Shown here: in pieces, positions 56,723 to 64,000 of the stretch
Layout: each line of letters opens with the position of its first letter
Numbering within the stretch: position 1 is the stretch's first letter
NCBI GenBank assembly: GCA_963822585.1
Contig: CAWGIE010000010.1
Span: forward strand, 1-64,000
Length of the DNA stretch: 64,000 nt
Direction of reading: 5' to 3'
From: an uncultured bacterium
GTDB lineage: Bacteria; Auribacterota; Erginobacteria; Erginobacterales; Erginobacteraceae
Made by a program: the position numbers and the translations under genes
The notes under the pieces: generated by a model
Database searches by the model: none
Seen by the model: the letters and a program-made list of their open reading frames with translations, nothing else
What the model was told of the DNA's origin: nothing

Positions 56723-56754
56723 GAATAAATTAGCTCGCGCTGCTCGCAAATTTA

Positions 56755-56932
56755 TGTAGGATCGTTCTTCACTTCGTTCAGAACTTGTAGGAGATGTAGT
56801 AAATGTAGTATCGCCTTGCCGGAGGCAAGGCTTGCTGAACCGCAAGTGAAACGATCCTACAATTCCTACAAAGAATGCCGGAGGCATTCTGATCCTACAA
56901 GTCCTTAAGCGCAGCGCAAGGACGATCCTACA
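56755..56932. repeat. MITE-like element, copy 2 (178 bp)
   Basis: tgtaggatcgttctt...aaggacgatcctaca; homologous to 6495-6698. Confidence 0.85.
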
Positions 56933-56979
56933 CCGTCTGATTTCCAGTTATGACAATAAAGTGAGATTGAGTCCTGTTT

Positions 56980-58074
56980 TTATTCCAGATATCCTTTTAT
57001 GATCTCCGTGCAGACTTCCGCCCCGTTGAGAGCGATCGGCGGATACTCGTCCGGCGTCTCCAGAAGCCGGTACAGTTCCTCCCGGATATCACCCCGGAGT
57101 AATTTTTCCTGGGAGATGAAGGCCGAGGGAAGATATTTTTTTGCCCCTTCCACCAGGACCGGATATTCCCGGAACTCGCCCCGGGACGTATAGAGCATCC
57201 TGGTCCGGTTGGCGATGCACTCGGAGAGGATGCCGTAGCCGGGCTTGGTGACGACCGCGTCGGCGGCGCTCACCAGGTCCGGGTAGCCGAGGTTGAGAGC
57301 GCGCAGTTCCTTTCGTTTGACGTTGCGGATCCCGGGTAGCTCGAAACCGACCCGCTCGCTGGCCAGCCAGAGACAGTCCTCGATCTCGACCAGCTTCCGG
57401 TAGTACTCCGCTCCCAGGCTGAAACCGCCGAAAGAGAGGATGACGAGCGGGCGGCCGGGAGGGAGCGAGAGGAGCGCCCTGACTTCATCCGCCGGCCGCC
57501 CGGACCGCCGGGCGATCAGGGGGATGTCCCGGGTTTTACGGAAGGCGGCCATCTCCCCCGAAAAGGGGAGGCGGAGGAGAAGATCGGCTTTCCGGTAGCC
57601 CTCGGCGATCGAGTGAAGCAGCCGGCGGAAAGCGGGGGAGCGCTCCACGTAGGGTTCATAGATCCAATCCCAGCTGAAATTAGCGATGCCGAGCGACGGG
57701 ATCCCGGCCGCCGCGGCCACGTCGAAGGCCAGGGGGGGGATGTCGCCGATGATCAGCCGCGGTTTTTCCTCCCGCAGGAACTCCCTCTCGACCTTGAGCA
57801 ACCGGTCCTTCCCGGCCAGGAACTTCGCGTATCTCTCCAGGCTCCGGAGCGGGTCCAGGTTGAGGCTGTCGGATTGGACCACACCGGTATCGCATTCGAG
57901 GGGGAAGAAGATGAAATCCCCCTCGATCTGTTCCCGATAGAACCACTCGGGGGCGGAGGTTTTGACGACGATCCTGATCCCCTCCCGTTCCTTCAGCAGC
58001 TCGTTGATCAGGACGGCCATCCGGGATGAATGCCCGAACCCGTGTCCGGAAATGTAGAAAACGATTGTCTGCAT
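56980..58074 (-). CDS. GT-B-fold glycosyltransferase-like protein (resembles the N-terminal domain of plant L-arabinokinase)
   Basis: YISGHGFGHSSR, GDIPP, NFSWDWIY, SFGG, VTKPGYG..SEC, FREY. Confidence 0.75.
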   Translation of the reverse strand: MQTIVFYISGHGFGHSSRMAVLINELLKEREGIRIVVKTSAPEWFYREQIEGDFIFFPLECDTGVVQSDSLNLDPLRSLERYAKFLAGKDRLLKVEREFLREEKPRLIIGDIPPLAFDVAAAAGIPSLGIANFSWDWIYEPYVERSPAFRRLLHSIAEGYRKADLLLRLPFSGEMAAFRKTRDIPLIARRSGRPADEVRALLSLPPGRPLVILSFGGFSLGAEYYRKLVEIEDCLWLASERVGFELPGIRNVKRKELRALNLGYPDLVSAADAVVTKPGYGILSECIANRTRMLYTSRGEFREYPVLVEGAKKYLPSAFISQEKLLRGDIREELYRLLETPDEYPPIALNGAEVCTEIIKGYLE

Positions 58075-58107
58075 GATTGGCTATCTCATAGGCAACGACA
58101 ACTATTT

Positions 58108-58333
58108 ACCACGAAGGACACGAAGTTCACGAAGGGGTGGAGACTGATGTATCTTTCACTTCCTTTTACATGGATTCCCATACTTTACCGAGAAAGGGCT
58201 TATCTTGATTGCCTGTTACTCAAACAGATGACACTACCTCTCTCCCCGGCATTCAAAATGACCGTATTCATCTCTGCCGGATAGAGCATAACCTTTTATT
58301 TTTTGACTTCGTGTTCTTCGTGTCCTTCGTGGT
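58108..58333. repeat. Family B inverted arms enclosing about 170 bp of lower-GC spacer
   Basis: accacgaaggacacgaagttcacgaag ... cttcgtgttcttcgtgtccttcgtggt. Confidence 0.85.
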
Positions 58334-59219
58334 TTAATAGAATTTTTCTCAGCGCTGACAACCCTGCATCCACACCCCGGCCCCGGAAGCCGGTCGTCCG
58401 GAAGAACTTCTCGCTGTTCAGCGAGGCGTCGAGCGGGGTGGGGGGGGAGTGGGGTCTCTCCGCCATCCGGACCGGGTTGATGAGGGAGCGGTCGAACCCG
58501 AACCGGTCCGCCATGCGGTAGCCGAAGTCCGACCGGTTGATCCTCTCCGGCCCCCCCAGATGATAGAGCCCGGTCAGTTTGTCATCTTCGAGGATCAATT
58601 CCATCCCCCGTCCGGCGTCCTCGACGTAGAGCGGGGTGCGGTACTGATCGGTAAAGAGATCGATCCGGGTATGCTCCCGGAACCCGGCGAGCATGAAACC
58701 GATGAAGGACTCGGAACAGGGACTGGGCGCTCCGTACATCAGGGGCAGCCGGAGGATCAGGTGGCCGGGGACCGTTTCCCGGACGATTTCCTCTCCCGCC
58801 AGTTTGGTTTTCCCGTACTGCCCCAGCGGTCCCGGGGCGTCGGTCTCGGCGTAATCGCCCTTCCTCCCGTCGAAGACCCGGTCGGTGGAGATGAAGATGA
58901 TCCGTGCCGCCAGATCCCGCGCCGCCCGGGCGACGTTCTCGGTCCCCCCCACATTGGCCGCCCAGGCCTCTTCCCGGTCACGCATGCACTTAGCCGGAGA
59001 CGTGATGGCGGCGGCGTGAATGACGACGCCGGGGGAGAAAGCCCGGCAGACCCGTTCCACCGCCGCGCCGTCACGAATATCCAGGGCCGCGGTCTCCCCG
59101 GCCCCGCTCTCCACCCGATGGCGGCCATAAGTCCCGAGCAGGGAATAACGCCCGGCAAGAAAATGGAAGAGGTTCCAGCCCAAAAAACCGGACACCCCCG
59201 TGATCAGTAGTTTCTTCAT
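58296..59219 (-). CDS. RmlD-like SDR (dTDP-4-dehydrorhamnose reductase family)
   Basis: ITGVSGFLG, HAAA, ISTDRVFDG, YGKTK, DQYRTP; C-terminus read from a repeat arm. Confidence 0.88.
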   Translation of the reverse strand: MKKLLITGVSGFLGWNLFHFLAGRYSLLGTYGRHRVESGAGETAALDIRDGAAVERVCRAFSPGVVIHAAAITSPAKCMRDREEAWAANVGGTENVARAARDLAARIIFISTDRVFDGRKGDYAETDAPGPLGQYGKTKLAGEEIVRETVPGHLILRLPLMYGAPSPCSESFIGFMLAGFREHTRIDLFTDQYRTPLYVEDAGRGMELILEDDKLTGLYHLGGPERINRSDFGYRMADRFGFDRSLINPVRMAERPHSPPTPLDASLNSEKFFRTTGFRGRGVDAGLSALRKILLNHEGHEEHEVKK

Positions 59220-59259
59220 TGCCTGCATGCAGTTTTCGAAAGGATCGAGGCTCCAATTT

Positions 59260-59332
59260 ACCACGAAGAACACGAAGAACACGAAGAAAAAATGGGCGGA
59301 ATAATCTTCGTGATCTTCATGTTCTTCGTGGT
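59260..59332. repeat. Family B inverted 9-mer array
   Basis: accacgaagaacacgaagaacacgaag ... cttcgtgatcttcatgttcttcgtggt. Confidence 0.9.
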
Positions 59333-59474
59333 ATAGTCCACTGCCATATTATTCTGTTTGCAAAGAAAGAAACCGAGGTTAAGGATGTAATAGAGTAAAA
59401 GCGTCCGGCCTCCGCAATCTCAATATTCCATCACTCCATCACTCCATTGCTTCATGAAATAAGGCCCTGAAACA

Positions 59475-61415
59475 ATGACCAAACGCTGCCGAATCCCGCT
59501 TCTTCTGTTTTTGTCGGTTCTCGTCTGTTACGGGTATTGTATCCATTTTATCGGACTGGAGTCGTGGAACGCCAGCAGCCGCCTGGACCTGGTCTACTCC
59601 CTGGCGGAATACGGCACCTTCCGGATCGATCCCTACCATCAGAATACCGGGGATAAAGTCGCCCTGGGCGATCATTACTATTCGGACAAGGCCCCGGGGG
59701 TCTCCCTGCTCGCGGTTCCCGGTTATCTGCTTCTGAAGTGGCTGGGCGTCTCTTCCGAACGATTCATGCGCTACGGGCTGACGCTGCTCTCCGTCGGCAT
59801 CCCCTCCGCGCTGGGGGTGGTGCTTTTCTACGGGCTGACGGGTCTCTTCGCGGATCTCCGGGCGGGCTCCCGGGTAACGGTGGCGCTGGCCTACGGGCTG
59901 GGAACCCTGGCCTTCCCGTTCTCCACCGTTTTTTACGGACATCAGATGGCGGCCGCCGCCGGAATCGCCTCTTTTTTCATCATGTTCCGGGTGAAGAATA
60001 GTCGTCCCCGAAGCGGTTTTTTCCTACTGTGGTTAAGCGGATTTCTGGCCGGATACGCCTTCCTGTGCGATTATCCGGCCGGGATCGTCATGGTCCTGAT
60101 GGGGGCGTATTCATTTGCCGTCCTGAGAAGAAAAGCCGGGATCCTGGCCTGGTGTTTCGGCGCCGCGATACCGGCGGGGTTCCTCCTCTATTATAACAAT
60201 GCCTGTTTCGGATCGCCTTTTACCAGCGCCTACTCGCTCCACCAGACATACAGCCACAGCGCGGGTTTCCTCGGCATTACCTGGCCGAAGGCGGACGCTC
60301 TCTGGGGGATCACCTTCAGCCCTTACCGGGGCCTTTTCTATCAGGCCCCCGTCCTCCTCTTCGCCCTCCCCGGATTTTATTTCTTCTGCCGCCGGCGTCA
60401 GTTGCGGTTGGAGTTTTTCCTTTCCCTGCTGGTCGTGTTCGGTTTCTTCTTCTTCAACGCCGGCTACGCATACTGGGACGGGGTGGGAAGCACGGGGGCC
60501 CGCTTCCTGATCCCGGCCCTTCCTTTCCTGGCCCTCCCCCTGGCCGGATCGATGAAAAAGTGGCCCGTTTCCGTCACCGCCCTGGCGATATTCTCATTTA
60601 TTTCCATGCTGGTCATCACGGTCACGGAACCGCGGGCCGAATGGCGGGTACAGAGCCCGTTGCTTTATTTCAACCTGTTTTTGTTTCTACGGGGATACCT
60701 CTCGGATAACCTGGGGATGCTCCTGGGGCTGCGGGGCTGGCTCAGTCTCCTTCCCCTGCTGATCGTTTTGGGGATTCTTTGGGCGGCTTTCCGGCGCGCT
60801 CTTCCCGTTTTTCCCCGCCGGGAAGCTACCCGGGAGAAGCTGATCCCGGCCCTTGGACTGCTGGGGATGGTTCTCCTCTGGATGGGCATCGCGGGTTGGG
60901 AGGAGCCCGGTCTGAGGGAGGTTGATCAGGCGGAAAGCCTTTTCCGGTACTACCGCGGCCGGGGAGGGGTGAACTGGGAGGAAGTCGAGGAACACTATCA
61001 GCGGGCGATCGAGGCCGACCCCCAATTCCTGGACCCGTATCTCCGGCTGGCGGAGATCGCCCGGATGCGCGGGCACCCGCGGCTGGCCCTTTCCTATTAT
61101 GAGGAGCTTGCCAAGGTATACCCGGACTCACCCCTGCTCCTGCGGGAGATGGCGCTGGTCTATGATCTGCTGGGAGAGACGGATAAGGCGGAGAAGGCGC
61201 TCCTCCGGACGGTGGAGCTGGCGCCGGACGACGCTTCGCTGCGGAATCAACTGGCGGCTTTCTACTGGTCGAAAAACCGTCGCCCGGAAGCGATCGCCCA
61301 GTGGGAAGAGAGCCTCCGGATCGACCCCGGCGATAAACGGGTGGGGATCCAGCTGAAAGCCGCCCGGGAACAATCGCTGCGCCCCGATAAATCAGCCGGC
61401 GGGAAAGCGGAATAG
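59475..61415 (+). CDS. Polytopic membrane protein, GT-C glycosyltransferase-like, with C-terminal TPR repeats
   Basis: YYSDKAPG loop, many TM segments, YN...FGSPF, RGLF, GARFL.P; helical TPR-like C-terminus. Confidence 0.7.
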   Translation: MTKRCRIPLLLFLSVLVCYGYCIHFIGLESWNASSRLDLVYSLAEYGTFRIDPYHQNTGDKVALGDHYYSDKAPGVSLLAVPGYLLLKWLGVSSERFMRYGLTLLSVGIPSALGVVLFYGLTGLFADLRAGSRVTVALAYGLGTLAFPFSTVFYGHQMAAAAGIASFFIMFRVKNSRPRSGFFLLWLSGFLAGYAFLCDYPAGIVMVLMGAYSFAVLRRKAGILAWCFGAAIPAGFLLYYNNACFGSPFTSAYSLHQTYSHSAGFLGITWPKADALWGITFSPYRGLFYQAPVLLFALPGFYFFCRRRQLRLEFFLSLLVVFGFFFFNAGYAYWDGVGSTGARFLIPALPFLALPLAGSMKKWPVSVTALAIFSFISMLVITVTEPRAEWRVQSPLLYFNLFLFLRGYLSDNLGMLLGLRGWLSLLPLLIVLGILWAAFRRALPVFPRREATREKLIPALGLLGMVLLWMGIAGWEEPGLREVDQAESLFRYYRGRGGVNWEEVEEHYQRAIEADPQFLDPYLRLAEIARMRGHPRLALSYYEELAKVYPDSPLLLREMALVYDLLGETDKAEKALLRTVELAPDDASLRNQLAAFYWSKNRRPEAIAQWEESLRIDPGDKRVGIQLKAAREQSLRPDKSAGGKAE

Positions 61416-61525
61416 TTCCGCCGTCCGGGCACCGCCGCTCTGATTTCCCCCGTTCGCCAAAGCGGTTCCCTTCCGATGGAAATTAGTGGGAAGCGCTATC
61501 TTGCTGCTTGGGAATTTCAATAAAA

Positions 61526-61681
61526 GGTAACGGTAAGGGTAGCGATGCCCAGCCTGCCCCGATTCATCGGGGTATCGGTAAGGGGTAGGGTAACGGCCAC
61601 CTGGCTTAGCCCACGTAACCGTAACCGACAGACGAAACCCCGGTAACTACCGGGGCAGGCTGGGCCTCGTAACCATAACCG
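61526..61681. repeat. Inverted 6-mer array (GGTAAS...GTAACC) with embedded CCCCG-n-CGGGG hairpin modules
   Basis: ggtaacggtaagggtag..gcccagcctgccccgattcatcgggg ... ccccggtaactaccggggcaggctgggc..gtaaccataacc. Confidence 0.75.
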
Positions 61682-61696
61682 AGTAGCGCCGAAGGC

Positions 61697-62008
61697 GCTA
61701 AGTTCCTGCTTCGGAATTTACTCGATAGCCATCGGGGTCCCGATTATCTATATATTTGAATATTGTATCGGGACAATAATCTTATTTTTTCTACCCCGAT
61801 TAATGCTTCCCCGATTAATGCTTCGGGGCGGGGCGGGGGAGGCCGAAAAATAAGAATGTGCAAGCATTGAACCGACAGTGCAGGGATATTTTAAAGAAAA
61901 TTCGTGTAATCCTTCGGCTACGCTCAGGACAAGTTTCGTGCAATTCGTAGTCTTATTTAGTCGTCCGAGCCCCGGTAAACCGGGGTAGACTTCGCGAGGG
62001 CTAAGTTC
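61697..62008 (-). repeat. Element K, expanded copy with four hairpin inserts
   Basis: reverse complement aligns to 19963-20126 with gaps at about 61720-61773, 61791-61840, 61910-61934 and 61971-61993. Confidence 0.85.
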
Positions 62009-62045
62009 TTGAAGGGGAGGACGACACGGGTGAGGATATATCGGG

Positions 62046-63032
62046 TTAAGCTCCGATAATCTGGAGGAAGATGAAGGCGATTACCCCGGAGATCAGGGGC
62101 GTCATCAACCAGCCGAGGAATATTTTTATCATGGTTATCTTGTTGATGGTCTTGGCCCCGTGATAAAGACCGACGCCGATAACCGCTCCCACCACCGCCT
62201 GAGAGGATGAGACGGGGATTTTTAGCCAGGTAAAGAAGTGGAGGGCCAGCGAGTGGGTCAGGACGACCACCAGTGCCGAGAAGGGGGAAAGGGGGGTGAT
62301 CTTCTTGCCGATCGTGATCATTACCCTCCGGCTATAGGTCAGGGCGCCGATAGCGATACTGATCCCTCCGACGGTGGCCGCCAGCCGGGCCGCGGAACCT
62401 CCCTCCGTGGGGCCGAACATCCCGGCCTGGAAGTAAGGGGCCGTGGTGACGACCACGTTGTTTGCCCCCAGGGCGTAGGCTCCGTAACATCCGAAGATGA
62501 TCAGGCCGAATTTATATATCCGGTCTCTGGTCAGGTCGCTTTTTACGAACCGGCTCAGGACGAAACCAAGGCTCTTGAGCAGGATAATGCAGAGAATAAC
62601 GCAGCCGATCGGGTTCAGTATCCAGCAGGCCAGCATCGTGATAAATTTGCTCCAGTCCACGCCGGAAACCCCCGATACCCCGATCGCGATCCCCATAAAA
62701 GCCCCGATCGCCGCCTGAGAGGTGGAAGTCGGGATGGAGAGGAAGGTGATGATCGTGACCGTGATCGCGGCCGCCAGGGTCGCGAAAAGGGCCATGTTCG
62801 AGGTGGCCTCCGTCGAGAAGGACATATTTCCAAAAAGGGACGGGCCTTCCACTACCGAGCCGATAATAACGAAGATGGCGATCAGGATAATCGCGGTCCG
62901 GTAACGCACGGCATTGGTGGCCACTGCCGTTCCGAATATGTTCGCCGAATCGTTAGCCCCGATCCCCCAGCCCAGGTAGAGCCCTCCCAGTATCTTCCAG
63001 CCGGAATTGGCGATTAAAAATCTGGCGATCAT
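62046..63032 (-). CDS. Inorganic phosphate transporter (PiT family)
   Basis: GANDSAN, PTSTSQ, GANNV, PVSSSQAVVGAVIGVG. Confidence 0.92.
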   Translation of the reverse strand: MIARFLIANSGWKILGGLYLGWGIGANDSANIFGTAVATNAVRYRTAIILIAIFVIIGSVVEGPSLFGNMSFSTEATSNMALFATLAAAITVTIITFLSIPTSTSQAAIGAFMGIAIGVSGVSGVDWSKFITMLACWILNPIGCVILCIILLKSLGFVLSRFVKSDLTRDRIYKFGLIIFGCYGAYALGANNVVVTTAPYFQAGMFGPTEGGSAARLAATVGGISIAIGALTYSRRVMITIGKKITPLSPFSALVVVLTHSLALHFFTWLKIPVSSSQAVVGAVIGVGLYHGAKTINKITMIKIFLGWLMTPLISGVIAFIFLQIIGA

Positions 63033-63254
63033 GAATCAAGGTTATTTATTATCGTTAAATTTATTACGGATAGCAGCTCTATTGATACGGCGACATCACA
63101 TCATTTTTTCTTCTCCGAAAGGACAACGTGTTGTCCTTCTGGTTAAGACTGTCACCGAAAGGAGATCTCTGGCTGTGATTCATTGTCGGAGAATTTGATG
63201 AAATCTATCTATTTTCCTATTGCCGTTCTTTTGATCTTTGTCATTGTTCAAAAC

Positions 63255-63298
63255 TAACTCGATTTATGCCGGCCGGCAGGCTGGCATAAATCGAGTTA
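63255..63298. terminator. Long palindrome overlapping the DUF47 stop codon
   Basis: taactcgatttatgcc ggccggcaggct ggcataaatcgagtta. Confidence 0.5.
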
Positions 63299-63934
63299 AA
63301 GGGGGCGCTTCATGATCATTATTCCCAATCTTTCGGCCGCGTCCTCGGCAAAGTCGGAGATGGCGGCGATGTCACTCACCAGCTCCCTGATGTGCAGCTT
63401 CCGGGCCAGGTCGAGGTCCGACTTGAATAGCTTTTTGATCGTTTCCCATTCGATCCTGTCCGCTTCCATTTCCAGAGTCACCACCCCGGCAATGCCTTTT
63501 TTCACCGCTTCGGTCTCCTGGTTCAGGCTTTCCAGAGGCGCCCTGAAGGCGGTGAAAGAGGCGATGGCTTTGTCGATGAGGAGAATGAGATCGGGGTGCA
63601 GGAAATCCGGGATATCCGGGCGGGTGAGCACGATCAGGTTAGCGGTCGTCTCCGCCTGGTTGGCGATCCGGTCGATAAACTCCGCCAGCATGATGTAGTC
63701 TCCCCGGTTGATGGGGAGGAACGCCCCCGCGTACAGTTTCGCTTCGATAGCCTGCTTGACCTCGTCGGCGGCGTGCTCGCTGGTGTGTACCTGGAGAGAC
63801 TCCACTTTGAATTCGCGATCGTGCTGGAGGTAATCGGTCAGGAGGACACGCAGATGTTCGAGAGCCTGGACGACGAACTGGTAATGGTCAATGAAGAGCT
63901 GGACCACTTCCTTTTCTTTTCGGGCAAAAAACAT
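63296..63934 (-). CDS. DUF47 (TIGR00153) phosphate transport regulator
   Basis: EHAAD, FLP..R.D, D.IAN, EMEAD, ISD.AEDA; lies upstream of the PiT gene. Confidence 0.9.
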   Translation of the reverse strand: MFFARKEKEVVQLFIDHYQFVVQALEHLRVLLTDYLQHDREFKVESLQVHTSEHAADEVKQAIEAKLYAGAFLPINRGDYIMLAEFIDRIANQAETTANLIVLTRPDIPDFLHPDLILLIDKAIASFTAFRAPLESLNQETEAVKKGIAGVVTLEMEADRIEWETIKKLFKSDLDLARKLHIRELVSDIAAISDFAEDAAERLGIMIMKRPL

Positions 63935-64000
63935 TTTCTCACCCCCTTATTTTTTCTTCGCAAAAAATAATTAAAGTTCATTTCGTTAAACGGAACGGGT

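Overview
Chromosomal window from a GC-rich, probably anaerobic diderm bacterium. Several traits hint at a PVC-superphylum relative (inference only). Gene content: (1) 59-13319, an aromatic-acid/indole cluster: TrpB2, Cys-rich ORF, iorA, frameshifted iorB, two paaK+ACT pairs, a small accessory protein missing from the ORF track, a Na+:solute symporter and two outer-membrane barrels. (2) A YgeW/ArgF'-type transcarbamylase, UDP-glucuronate decarboxylase, CtpA and a divergent polysaccharide deacetylase. (3) 18554-29449, 13 co-oriented minus-strand accessory genes. (4) A core block: tsaD, Na/Pi transporter, antiporter, polA, coaE, rho, rpmE, prfA, prmC, murA, ffh, rpsP, khpA, trmD, rplS, rnhB (no rimM), with two minus-strand genes between rnhB and yraN. 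(5) A frameshifted papain/FG-GAP protease, TrmH, glyco-genes, PiT and DUF47. I found no rRNA, tRNA, CRISPR array, transposase or integrase. The most unusual signal is non-coding. Most intergenic gaps hold dispersed repeats: inverted arrays of 6/7/8/9-nt tandem units, 140-310 bp multi-copy structured elements, and 20-50 nt hairpin modules. Copy-to-copy comparison shows these modules present in one copy and absent from the same site in another, sometimes nested inside themselves. Many repeats overlap stop codons or abut start codons. All calls come from reading motifs by eye; no database searches were run.
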